Positions 21,680 to 30,925 of a stretch of DNA of 64,000 nucleotides are shown one piece after another. The DNA is from an uncultured Planctomycetaceae bacterium (GTDB lineage: Bacteria > Planctomycetota > Planctomycetia > Isosphaerales > Isosphaeraceae), in contig CAWIAD010000002.1 in assembly GCA_963833985.1 (NCBI GenBank), forward strand, positions 3,232,001 to 3,296,000, written 5' to 3'. Under the pieces are notes generated by a model. The model did not search any database and was not told where the DNA came from. It saw only the letters and a list, made by a program, of their open reading frames with translations. Each line of letters begins with the position of its first letter. The stretch's first letter is position 1. The translations under genes and the position numbers were made by a program.

Positions 21680-22429
21680 TCACGGGCCGGTTGCTCCGTG
21701 AGCCTGCTGGGTGCTCCAGTCACGCGGGGGTGGGATTGCGCTCGAGGCGCGGGCACGGCCCACCCTGATCGCGGGCGTGCGCGGGGCGGTTGCGCTGAGC
21801 TGAGCCGCAGCGGGCGCAGCACCTGGCGGAGCAGAGACGGCCAGGGTGGCGTCAGCGGGCGCGGCCCCCGATGGGATCTCACCCGGGCTAGGAGCGGGCC
21901 TCGGTTCAGCAGGCCGGCTGGCAGTCGCGGTTGCGGCCGTGCTCGCGGCGCTGGATGCGACAGCCTGCGCGGGGTTGGGCCGGGCAAGCTTCCTGGCCAG
22001 GCCGTCGAGGTTGATTCTGAGATCCAGCGCGCGCAATTCCTTGCGAGCGGCTGCCACGCGGGCCTTGCGCCTGGAAAGCGGCTCGCCGGACTTCCGCGCG
22101 CCCGGCTGGCCAGGCGGACCACCAGGCACGGCAGTCCCCGGGCCGGTGGAGGCCGTCCGGGCACCCGGATCCAGCGTCGCCGCTCCGAGCGGCATGTCTG
22201 CGCTTGCGGCAGAGCCCGCGGGGAAGGCGCCCGGCTGCGATCCGAAAAGTGCCGGGTCGGTCACGCTGCCCGGCATGCCCGGTCCCGGTGTCAGGCCCGG
22301 TGCGGAAAGCAAGGGACTCGGTTCCACCACTCCGGCCGGACTGACGCTCTGCGCCAGACCGGGCACGGGCGACAAACCCAGCGTCAGAGCCGCGATCATG
22401 GAAAGCGACAGTCGCCTGCAAAGCACCAT
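21680..22429 (-). CDS. Secreted Pro/Ala-rich hypothetical protein
   Basis: RBS 'ggaggg'; signal peptide ending 'GLA'; low-complexity body. The C-terminus is uncertain. Confidence 0.55.
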   Translation of the reverse strand: MVLCRRLSLSMIAALTLGLSPVPGLAQSVSPAGVVEPSPLLSAPGLTPGPGMPGSVTDPALFGSQPGAFPAGSAASADMPLGAATLDPGARTASTGPGTAVPGGPPGQPGARKSGEPLSRRKARVAAARKELRALDLRINLDGLARKLARPNPAQAVASSAASTAATATASRPAEPRPAPSPGEIPSGAAPADATLAVSAPPGAAPAAAQLSATAPRTPAIRVGRARASSAIPPPRDWSTQQAHGATGP

Positions 22430-22513
22430 GGTTCCGTTCCCTCCTGGTTTGCCCGGTACCCTGTTTCGCCCGCGAGGGGCTGGACTCAATACCCTTTAAA
22501 TAAGGATAAATCG

Positions 22514-22668
22514 AGTGTAGGCAGCGGTTTATTCCTCATTCCCGCGCTCCGCGTGGGAATGCCGTCTGCGACGCTCCGCGTCAATCGGGCTTGCGCTCAC
22601 GCTGGAGAATCCATGGGACGCACAGCGTCCTGACGGGTGTTCCCACCCAGAGCGAGTGGGAACAAGTC
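22514..22668. repeat. REPIN/MITE-like palindromic element, family B, copy 2 (inverted relative to copy 1)
   Basis: TTCCCGCGCTCCGCGTGGGAATGCCGTCTGCGACGCT... is the reverse complement of the 18.2 kb copy; the similarity includes the flank (AGTGTAGGCAG vs CTGCCTGCACT). Confidence 0.8.
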
Positions 22669-22839
22669 AGCCTCAGATCTCTCACCTTTCTCGTTTCGGC
22701 CGCGTCCCGGCCGCTGATTCAGCAAAATCGACAAATCCGTGCCCCTGGAGATCCGCCCCTTGATCAGAGGGCCAGGGGACCGGTCGGTCCATTAAGATCT
22801 GTTAGTATGGCATGAATTACCTGGAGCCGGGCTGCCGCG

Positions 22840-23610
22840 CTACATGGCTTCCTTCATGCCGCTCTTGACCAGCCACCAGTTGGCGGGATAGCTCGTCAGG
22901 AATCCGGCGATCATGGCCAGTTGCATCATGAACCAGTAGACCGCCGAGCTCGGCTCGGGCGGTTCGCTGAAGAAAACGAGCTGATTGAGAGCCATGAAGG
23001 CGAACATGCCGATCTCGAACGCGACCAGCGAGATGGTATCAGCCTTCACCGCCGCCCAGACGCCCTCCTTGAATCCAAGATGGCGCATGGGTGCAATGGT
23101 GAAGTACTGGAAAACAATCCCGAAGACGTAAGCCAGCGTGAAGTCCACGACGTACATCGTCATGAGCTTCGATCCGAACCACGTGATTCCCAGCAAGAAG
23201 ATGCCCCATTCACCGATGGTGTCGCCCAGCGTGCAGCCGGCGCCGCAGTGGCTGGTCGCCTTGAATACGGTCTGCCAGAACGGCTTCTGGGGCTTGTCAT
23301 GATCCTCGCCATGAGCCTGCGCCGCGCCCTCCTCATGCGCCGGCTCGCCACCGTGCGGAGCGGCCCGGCCCATGGAGTAGTAGGCCCAGAGCCCGATCGG
23401 CCCGGAATAGAGCGCCGTGATCGGCCAGACCAGGTTCATGATCATCATCTTTTGATGTCTACCGCCGAGGATGTCGATGAGGATGATGCCGGCCGAGATG
23501 GCCGAGAGCATCAGCGACAGGGAAGCAACCATGGTCAGCCAGCCGGAGCCCGAGGAAACGCCCAGGCTACGGGCTGCGGAAAACAGGCTCTCCTGCATCA
23601 TGGACATCAT
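22840..23610 (-). CDS. DUF4396-family membrane protein
   Basis: 'MNLVWPITALYSGP', 'HCGAGCTLGD', 'KADTISLVAFEIGM', 'FWFMMQ'-like 'YWFMMQLAMIAGFLTSYPANWWLV...KEAM'; His-containing loop. Confidence 0.85.
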   Translation of the reverse strand: MMSMMQESLFSAARSLGVSSGSGWLTMVASLSLMLSAISAGIILIDILGGRHQKMMIMNLVWPITALYSGPIGLWAYYSMGRAAPHGGEPAHEEGAAQAHGEDHDKPQKPFWQTVFKATSHCGAGCTLGDTIGEWGIFLLGITWFGSKLMTMYVVDFTLAYVFGIVFQYFTIAPMRHLGFKEGVWAAVKADTISLVAFEIGMFAFMALNQLVFFSEPPEPSSAVYWFMMQLAMIAGFLTSYPANWWLVKSGMKEAM

Positions 23611-23748
23611 TGAACCGCCTCGCTTTCCGCAGCCTCGGTGTTCCAGCGAAATAGCTCCCCGTAAGAGGGAAAGTGTGGAACGGCCGCCCTCGGCCGTCCT
23701 GAGCCAGCCGAGGGCGGCTGGCCCACATTCCAAGAGGCGAGGATCTAT

Positions 23749-24717
23749 TTAGCCCTTCTGCGAGATGTAGACTTCCGGGTTCTTGTGCACGAAGTGAATG
23801 TCGAGCGTGCGCAGGTACGTGTGCAGCCCGGCGTCCTGGATGGGCATCAGGTGCGCCGGAGCGCCTGATTCGTTGTGATGCGAGTGCCAGTGTCCGGGCG
23901 GTGTCACGAATGCAGACCCCGGTTTCCAGTCGGCGCGGTGGCCCTTGTCGATGTTCCCCTTGTCGTCGAGCCTGGTGCCGACGAGCGTGTAGCATCCTGG
24001 CTGGCAGTCGATGATGAAATCGAGCGCGACCGACTCGTGGCGGTGGGCCGCTTGCACCGCATTCCTGGGCAAGACGCCGAACATTGCCCAGATCACATGA
24101 GTGATGGTGCGGGTCTGGGGAAACGCCGAGTTCGCCAGCAGCACGCTCACGCGGCTCTTCTTCGCGGCGTCGGGATCATGGGCCACCTTCTCCAGCTCCA
24201 TGACCGCCCGCTCCTTGGGATAGAGCGTGGGCTCGAACCGGGGGGTGCTCGCGGTCACGCCCAGGTAACGGAGCAGGGGCTCGTCGTGCACCCAGTAGAA
24301 GGCCGCGTCTTCGTCGCCCTCGGCATGGTGCTCCGCGTTGCTGCCCGCGGGCAGAGCCAGGAAGTCTCCCTCGCTCCAGGGAATGTCCTGCTCCCGAACT
24401 CGCGAACGGCCCTTGCCGCGGATCACGTAGTACAGCTCGGAGGTGGCGTTGGGCGAGGTCCGGATCGATTCGCCCTTCACGATGCGTATGAAGTTCGAGC
24501 AGAGCGCAGGGCTGGTCGCGGGGCCGTCGCAGCCGAGCTTCTCGCTCAGGTCGAAGGGAATGATGCGCGTCGGTCCGCTCTCGTGCAGATGGCAGGGAAA
24601 ATCGGCAAGCGGGACCTTCGGGATGAGTCCCGCGCCGATCGGGTTGGCGGCCCTGCTGTACTCAAAATACTGCCCGTCACGAGTTGAGCGATCCTCGTCG
24701 CGATGTGTGTCCGGCAT
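23749..24717 (-). CDS. Bicupin protein (gentisate 1,2-dioxygenase-like)
   Basis: 'AAHRHESVALD' and 'FVTPPGHWHSHHNE...PIQDAGL' cupin metal motifs; N-terminal cupin 'ELYYVIRGKG...WSEGDFLALP'. Confidence 0.8.
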   Translation of the reverse strand: MPDTHRDEDRSTRDGQYFEYSRAANPIGAGLIPKVPLADFPCHLHESGPTRIIPFDLSEKLGCDGPATSPALCSNFIRIVKGESIRTSPNATSELYYVIRGKGRSRVREQDIPWSEGDFLALPAGSNAEHHAEGDEDAAFYWVHDEPLLRYLGVTASTPRFEPTLYPKERAVMELEKVAHDPDAAKKSRVSVLLANSAFPQTRTITHVIWAMFGVLPRNAVQAAHRHESVALDFIIDCQPGCYTLVGTRLDDKGNIDKGHRADWKPGSAFVTPPGHWHSHHNESGAPAHLMPIQDAGLHTYLRTLDIHFVHKNPEVYISQKG

Positions 24718-24828
24718 GAAAGGACTCCCCTGCATGGCCCCTGGTACACCGGCACGCGGCCGGTTCTGCTTGCCGCCGACAACGAGCCGGCCCGGCTTCT
24801 GATCCGCTTCCGGAAGTGGTAGGGACAG

Positions 24829-27378
24829 TCAGGACACGACCACTCGAAAGTTCCGGCCCTCCCAGCGTTCCGCGTCGGTCCAGAAGAAGGTCAGCTCCAC
24901 GGTCTGCCGGCTCGTGAGCTTCCCCGTATCCAGGTCCGCCACATGGATCCCCAGGCCCGTGTCGCGGGTTTTCCGCTCGTGACTGGTCTGCCAGCCGTCG
25001 CTCGTCCAGTGAACGGCAGCCGGAGCAAGTGCCTCGATGCGCAGCACGTCTCCCGGCGCGATCCAGGTGCGCTGGTTGTCAAACCGCCAGATCACCCGGT
25101 TGGAAGCCGCCTTGTCCTTCAGGTAGCGTGCCACGGTCTGTGGAGGAGTGTCGTAGATGCGATTGTCCTGGAGCGACCGGCGCAGCTTGAGGTACTCGGC
25201 GTGAGCCCAGGCCAGCGGCATGGCCGAGCCCGTGGCATGGCCCTGCAAGAGACCTCGCTCGGGCAGGTCATCGCCATCCCAGACCTGCTCCGGGATCATG
25301 CCCCCGGGGCCGGCGAACAGTTCCATGGCGTGCAGCAGCCGCACGGCCTGCTCACGCCGTCCGGCGGCCAGCTCGAAGTGCGCCCGCTCGCCGGTGAGAA
25401 GCGGCCACGATCGGCCCACTCCCTCGCGGGTGGCTCTCACGAAGGGCGACCCATCCTCCTGCTCGCCGTAGCGGTCGCCGTTGTAACGCCGCCAGGACGG
25501 CCCATAGGGCGTGTCTCGCTTCAGCAAGTCGTCGATTGCCCGCACGGTGGCGACGATCCGCGGGTCGTCCGGCTGGCGCAGGCCAAACCGCACAAGAGCC
25601 AGGGCATCGGGGCTGACCACCTCGGTGGCCGGGATGTCATCGCCGGGAACCGACGTTTCCTTCAGCCGGACGTGGCCCAGCCGGGGTGTCGCGCCCTCGT
25701 CCAGCTCGGGCGGTATGATCCGCGCATAGTATCCGTCGATCCCCAGCCGTTGCGCCAGGTCGGTCCCAGTGACGTACAGCCAGCTCTCGACGGCCGAGTT
25801 CCAGGCATCGGCCGATTCGCGCAGGTAGATACCGGCGTCGGGTTCTCCCTGGCTGTCGGCGTGATCGGCCACCAGCAGCGCGGCGACGGCCGCGGCCACG
25901 GTGAAGGGCGTGTACCCGCGCTGGTTTTCCCAGCGGTCCTGCTGTGTCGAGGGGCCGTTGCGAACGATGTAGCCCGCGCCGCGCCGGACCATGGGCCAGT
26001 AGCGCGCAAGCTCCCCGGCGGAGAGCGCGCCTTCCCTGCGCAGCAGATCCACCAGCAAGAGGGGCAGGGCCGTTTCACCCATCTGGGTACCCGTCTGGTG
26101 GGACGCGGAATCGACCCAGAAATTCTGCGTCCAGTGACCGTCGGCCATCTGGGTGGCGCGCAGGTAAGCCAGCACTTGCCTGGCTTCACGCACGGCCCCG
26201 GCGGCCAGCAGTCCGCCAGCGGACTCGACCAGGTCGCGCGGCCAGACCAGGTGATATCCGCCCGTTCCTCGTTGCGTTTCCGAGTCGCCCCGCGTCTCAC
26301 CCCAGGGCTCGGACAGGCTGGCAATCATCGCCCCAGGGATTGCGTGGTCGCCGTGCGTCCTGAGCACGGCCGTGCTAATGCGGTACAGGTCACGGCCGCC
26401 CGGGGCGCCAGCCGCCCGGGGCGCCGGCAGCGAGCTCTGCCACTCGTTCCAGGCTCGCGCACACTCGGCCTGGGCTGCCTGGAGATCGTCCGCCAGCACG
26501 CTCAGGGTCCGGTGGCCGGCCTCCGCGGCCTCGGTTCCGAACCCGAGAACCAGCACGAAGTTTCCGGCACAGTCCGCCAGGTCCAGCTCGCCTGAGAGCA
26601 TGACGTTGCCGTCCTCGGCACGGTCGTACTCTCGAGTGAGACGCTTGTGCTCCTGCAAGTCGTGCCAGCCGTCGAACGGCCCCACGAAGCCGGCCGAGCC
26701 CGCAGTCCACCGGGCCGAGCACCCCAGCGCCACAGCTTGCTGCGCGCGGCTGGCCATGAGCATGGGATGTCCGCGATGCTCTCCGAGCCAGGCCGTGTTG
26801 CCGCGTCCCCGGTTGTCAATATGGGGCGTCAGCAGGACATGGAGACGGTAATCGCCAAGACTGCCTCGGATGGGCTCAAATCGGGTGGTCTGGACGATCG
26901 CGTCGTGATGCGGATGGGCGAAGATGGTCTTCACCAGACGGTAACGTCCCTGGCGGCAGGTGTTGATCAGCCGGTAGAGCGGAACTCCTTCGATGGGCAG
27001 CTCGATACGATGGTCCGTATCGGTCCGCTCGTCGGAAAAGAACTCCTCGCCGTCGGTGACCACGAGGGCCAGGCTGCGCGTGCAGGCGCGGTCGCAACGC
27101 GGATGAAAGACCTCTGTCAGCATGCCTTGCGCGAGCGTGAACCAGACCCGGCTCGGCTCGCCCGCGCCGGTACCGAGCGCTGTGCCGACGCCGTCCTTGG
27201 CCGAGCTGGACCAGTGGGTTTCGTCTCCCGGACCTCCCGGCGCAAGGAGACGCACGGCAGACTCGGCGTGCCGCGGCAGCCACCCCGAGGACCGCACCTG
27301 AAACACCTGCGCAGGTGCGGCCGGTTTCACGTCCAGGTTGGACTTCCGAGGCCGTTGAGGTCGCTTCGTCCCCGGCAT
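24829..27378 (-). CDS. Glycoside hydrolase family 15 (glucoamylase/glucodextranase-like)
   Basis: 'SRVWFTLAQGMLTEVF', 'GGYHLVWPRDL', 'QDRWE', 'RRYNGDRYGE', 'WPLLTGERAHFEL', 'IPEQVW', 'SAMPLAWAHAEYLKL'. Confidence 0.92.
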   Translation of the reverse strand: MPGTKRPQRPRKSNLDVKPAAPAQVFQVRSSGWLPRHAESAVRLLAPGGPGDETHWSSSAKDGVGTALGTGAGEPSRVWFTLAQGMLTEVFHPRCDRACTRSLALVVTDGEEFFSDERTDTDHRIELPIEGVPLYRLINTCRQGRYRLVKTIFAHPHHDAIVQTTRFEPIRGSLGDYRLHVLLTPHIDNRGRGNTAWLGEHRGHPMLMASRAQQAVALGCSARWTAGSAGFVGPFDGWHDLQEHKRLTREYDRAEDGNVMLSGELDLADCAGNFVLVLGFGTEAAEAGHRTLSVLADDLQAAQAECARAWNEWQSSLPAPRAAGAPGGRDLYRISTAVLRTHGDHAIPGAMIASLSEPWGETRGDSETQRGTGGYHLVWPRDLVESAGGLLAAGAVREARQVLAYLRATQMADGHWTQNFWVDSASHQTGTQMGETALPLLLVDLLRREGALSAGELARYWPMVRRGAGYIVRNGPSTQQDRWENQRGYTPFTVAAAVAALLVADHADSQGEPDAGIYLRESADAWNSAVESWLYVTGTDLAQRLGIDGYYARIIPPELDEGATPRLGHVRLKETSVPGDDIPATEVVSPDALALVRFGLRQPDDPRIVATVRAIDDLLKRDTPYGPSWRRYNGDRYGEQEDGSPFVRATREGVGRSWPLLTGERAHFELAAGRREQAVRLLHAMELFAGPGGMIPEQVWDGDDLPERGLLQGHATGSAMPLAWAHAEYLKLRRSLQDNRIYDTPPQTVARYLKDKAASNRVIWRFDNQRTWIAPGDVLRIEALAPAAVHWTSDGWQTSHERKTRDTGLGIHVADLDTGKLTSRQTVELTFFWTDAERWEGRNFRVVVS

Positions 27379-27669
27379 GAGGGCCTGGTCTCCTGTTACC
27401 GCTTGCCGGACCGGGATGGGACAGTGCAAGCCTTATCCGAAAGCGCATCGGCGGCCGCCCCGGATGCCCCTACAGGCTCTCGGTGATTGACAGGATGATG
27501 AGCAAATGGCATGCCCCGGCATCGATCCGCCTGCCGTCCGGGGCCGATCCGCACCTGCCCAACAATGAAGGCCGCCTCACTTGCACCGGTCGAGCGGCAG
27601 CTTCATGATGACGTTCCGTGCCATATCCCGGAAATCTGCTTCGCTTCTGAGACTCGAGGGCCGAACCGC

Positions 27670-29208
27670 ATGACTCTCCGACGCCTCTGGTTGGCCGCCG
27701 TACTGGGTTACGTCGCCTGCGGCCAGCTTGCCAGCGATCCGGCACACGCGGCCGGCGCGGCAGGGCCGCCGAACATCGTGCTCATCTACGCGGACGACCT
27801 GGGCTACGGCGATGTCGGCTGCCATGGCGCAACGAAGGTTCGAACGCCGAACATCAACCGGCTGGCTCGGGAGGGCCTGCGGTTCCGCGACGCGCATGCG
27901 GCATCCTCGACATGCACTCCCTCGCGGTACGCCCTGCTCACGGGACAGTACGCCTGGAGACGCAAGGGGACGAGCGTGCTGCCGGGCGACGCCGCGCTCA
28001 TCATCGAGCCGGGACGCCAGACGCTGCCCGCGCTCTTGAAGCGCGCGGGGCTGGCCACGGGCATCGTCGGCAAGTGGCATCTCGGGCTCGGGTCCGGGTC
28101 GGTCGACTGGAACGGCGAGATCCAGCCGGGACCGCTCGAGGTCGGCTTTGATGAAGCCTTCATCATGCCGGCCACGGGCGACCGCGTCCCCTGCGTCTAC
28201 GTCCGCGGCCATCGCGTCGAGGGTCTCGATCCCGGCGACCCGATCCGGGTCAGCTACGGCCAGCCGGTGGGAAGCGAGCCCACCGGCGCGGGGCGGCCCG
28301 ACCTGCTGACGCTGAAGCCCAGTCACGGACACGACCAGACGATCGTCAACGGCATCAGCCGGATCGGTTTCATGGAAGGTGGAAAGGCCGCGCGATGGGT
28401 GGATGAAGACATGGCTCGCGTGTACACGCGCGAGGCCGTTGCGTTCATCGAGCGGCATGCCGGAACGCCGTTCTTCCTGGAGCTGGCCACGCACGACGTG
28501 CACGTCCCGCGCGTACCTGGCCCGGGGTTCCGGGGCACCAGCGACTGCGGAGTGCGCGGGGACGTGATCCAGGAGCTCGACTGGTCGGTCGGCGAGGTCC
28601 TGAACGCCCTGGACCGGCTCAAGCTCGCCGGGCATACCCTGGTGATCTTCACCAGCGACAACGGCCCCGTGATCGACGACGGCTACGCCGACGGGGCCGT
28701 GCGCGACCTCAACGGCCATCGCCCGGCGGGGCCGCTCCGCGGGGGCAAGTACAGCCTGTTCGAGGGAGGCACGCGAGTTCCGTTCCTGGTACGCTGGCCG
28801 GGGCGCGTGCGGCCGGGCGAGTCCGATGCGCTCGTGAACCAGGTGGACCTGCTGGCCAGCCTGGCAGCGCTCTGCGGACAGATTCCGGCGGAGAACGTGG
28901 CGCCCGATAGCCAGAACGTGCTGCCGGCCCTGCTGGGAGATTCTCCGACGGGCCGCGACCACTCGGTCCATCACTCGGGGCGGCTGGCGCTGCGGGAGGG
29001 ATCGTGGAAGTACATCCCGGCCGGCCGGGGCGCTGCGGTCATGTCAAACACCGGCATCGAAACGGGTGAAGCCCCCACGGACCAGCTTTATGACCTGGCC
29101 CGCGACATCGGCGAGACGACCAACCTCGCGGCCCGGCACCCGGACCGGGTCCGGCGCATGGCCGCGCGGTTGCAGGCCATGACCACCGCGGGCCGCGACA
29201 CGCCGTGA
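27670..29208 (+). CDS. Secreted Cys-type arylsulfatase
   Basis: 'PNIVLIYADDLGYGD', 'CTPSRYALLTG' (CxPxR), 'GKWHLG', 'FTSDNG', 'RGGKYSLFEGGTRVP'. Confidence 0.95.
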   Translation: MTLRRLWLAAVLGYVACGQLASDPAHAAGAAGPPNIVLIYADDLGYGDVGCHGATKVRTPNINRLAREGLRFRDAHAASSTCTPSRYALLTGQYAWRRKGTSVLPGDAALIIEPGRQTLPALLKRAGLATGIVGKWHLGLGSGSVDWNGEIQPGPLEVGFDEAFIMPATGDRVPCVYVRGHRVEGLDPGDPIRVSYGQPVGSEPTGAGRPDLLTLKPSHGHDQTIVNGISRIGFMEGGKAARWVDEDMARVYTREAVAFIERHAGTPFFLELATHDVHVPRVPGPGFRGTSDCGVRGDVIQELDWSVGEVLNALDRLKLAGHTLVIFTSDNGPVIDDGYADGAVRDLNGHRPAGPLRGGKYSLFEGGTRVPFLVRWPGRVRPGESDALVNQVDLLASLAALCGQIPAENVAPDSQNVLPALLGDSPTGRDHSVHHSGRLALREGSWKYIPAGRGAAVMSNTGIETGEAPTDQLYDLARDIGETTNLAARHPDRVRRMAARLQAMTTAGRDTP

Positions 29209-29221
29209 CGTGAACATTGTG

Positions 29222-29537
29222 GGCCTGCCCTGGCAGACAGGAATGTCTGCCCCCCCCTTCCAGAACTCAGGAACTGCCTTGGCAGACAGGAATGCCTGCC
29301 CCCCTTTCCAGAACTCGGGCCTGCCCGGGCAGACAGGAATGTCTGCTCCCCCTTCCAAAAAGCAGGCCTGCCCTGCAGACAGGAATGTCTGCCCCCCCTT
29401 CCAAAAAGCAAGCCTGCCCTGGCAGACAGGAATGTCTGCCCCCCCCTTTCCAGAACTCGGGCCTGCCCGGGCAGACAGGAAAGTCTGCCCCCTTTCCAGA
29501 ACTCGGGGACTGCCTGCAACCCGTCAGAAAACCGCCC
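29222..29537. repeat. Tandem array of six ~47-bp REP-like units, family A
   Basis: Core (G)GCAGACAGGAATGTCTGCC at about 29232, 29281, 29328, 29375, 29421 and 29470, each followed by a C-run and TTCCAGAACTC or TTCCAAAAAGC. The array lies between convergent genes. Confidence 0.9.
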
Positions 29538-29857
29538 TAGGCAGCCTCCTCCCGGGCCGCATCCGCCGGTTCGTTCTCCTCGCCGCTCTGCTGGCTGGCC
29601 TGCCAGCGGCGATAGAGGACCAGCGCCAGGCCGAACGAGTTGGTGACGATCAGGCAGGCGTTCACCGAAAAGTAGACCCAGTTGCCCAGCATCCAGCTAT
29701 AGATGATCTGCCCGATGGCCCCGGCCAGGGCGAGCACAAAGAAGATGATTTCCGAAGCGGGAGCCTGCTCACTGCGGCTGCGCCACTGTTTGTGAGCCTG
29801 GATCCCGAAGACGGGCAGCGAGACGAGGGCGCTGCCCCAGCCAATAAGCTCTTGCAT
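29537..29857 (-). CDS. Small three-TM PQ-loop/SemiSWEET-like membrane protein
   Basis: 'ELIGWGS...QAHKQWRSRS...FFVL...IIYSWMLGNWVYFSVNA' three-helix pattern. Confidence 0.65.
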   Translation of the reverse strand: MQELIGWGSALVSLPVFGIQAHKQWRSRSEQAPASEIIFFVLALAGAIGQIIYSWMLGNWVYFSVNACLIVTNSFGLALVLYRRWQASQQSGEENEPADAAREEAA

Positions 29858-30243
29858 GATGGAGAATCCTGGGCACGAGACGGCGGGCGGCGCCGCGCGT
29901 GTCGTGAGTGGAGTAAGGCGAATGTCCTTCGTTGCCGTGAAGCCGGAAGGACGAGCCGGTCTGGCTCGACATGCCGGCTCCGGCGGCCCGGCACAAGAAA
30001 CGTCCCTGGAGGAGTGCGGATGGCGTTCCCTGGCGTGGATCCGCACGTGGCCGGTCGGGCCAACCCGACAGATCTGGCTTGCAAGTGCCGTTCCCTTGCT
30101 TTCCCGTGAAGGTTATGCGAACCCGCCCGGCGTTCCGACCGACGTCTTGTGACGGGAGGAGGGCTCGATTACCCTTGGCTCGTCGCCTCTCGTGCGATTC
30201 CTTCCCCACGTTCATCAAAAGTTCCATGAGCTGGAGAGACATC

Positions 30244-30828
30244 ATGAGCAAGCTTGGATTCGTTGCCGGTCTCGCCGTCGCGGCGTCACTGGTGGTCACG
30301 AGCCCCGCCATGGCGCAAGCCGCCAAGAAGAAGGCCCGGCAGCGCGTCAGCCCCCATGAGACCATCACGGCGACCATCGACGGCGACGAGCTGAAGCTGG
30401 TTTACGGCCGGCCCTACACCACGAAGCCCGGCACCACCGAGGCGCGGAAGATCTGGGGGAGCCTCGTCCCCTACGGCAAGGTCTGGCGCATGGGTGCCGA
30501 TGAGGCCACGCTGCTGACCACGAAGGAGCCCATCGAGATCGGCGGCTTCGCGCTGCCGGCCGGCACCTATTCGCTGTTCATGGTGCCGTCCGAGGACGGG
30601 ACCGCGAAACTGATCCTCAACAAGAAGACCGGCCAGTGGGGCGTGCCGTACAACGAGGGCTCGGAGAAAACCAACGAGCTGGCGCGAGTGGACCTCAAGA
30701 AGACGACCCTGGACAAGCCGGTCGAGCAGTACACCATGGCGATCGAGCCGGCGGGCGGGGGCGGGGGAGAGATCAAGATGATGTGGGAGAGCACGCAGTA
30801 TTCCGTCCCCTTCACGGTGAAGAAATAA
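30244..30828 (+). CDS. DUF2911-domain secreted protein
   Basis: 'SP...YGRP...RKIWGSLVPYGKVWRMGADEAT...LPAGTYSLF...QWG'. Confidence 0.9.
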   Translation: MSKLGFVAGLAVAASLVVTSPAMAQAAKKKARQRVSPHETITATIDGDELKLVYGRPYTTKPGTTEARKIWGSLVPYGKVWRMGADEATLLTTKEPIEIGGFALPAGTYSLFMVPSEDGTAKLILNKKTGQWGVPYNEGSEKTNELARVDLKKTTLDKPVEQYTMAIEPAGGGGGEIKMMWESTQYSVPFTVKK

Positions 30829-30925
30829 GGGGCCGGGTTGCTTGCCGGTGTCGCTTCCTTCTAGTGCGGCCAGCGCGGCGGGGTGAACGTGCGCGCTGGC
30901 CGTTTTCAAGACATGGAGACTTGCT

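Noticed and set aside
29222..29537. Possible CRISPR array
   Set aside because: The sequences between palindromes are near-identical rather than unique spacers, the period is only about 47 bp, and no cas genes are in the window.
29044..30109. ORFs with repeated 'GQTGMSAPP' / 'GRQECLP' peptides as repeat proteins or RiPP precursors
   Set aside because: They are translations of the palindromic DNA array in several frames.
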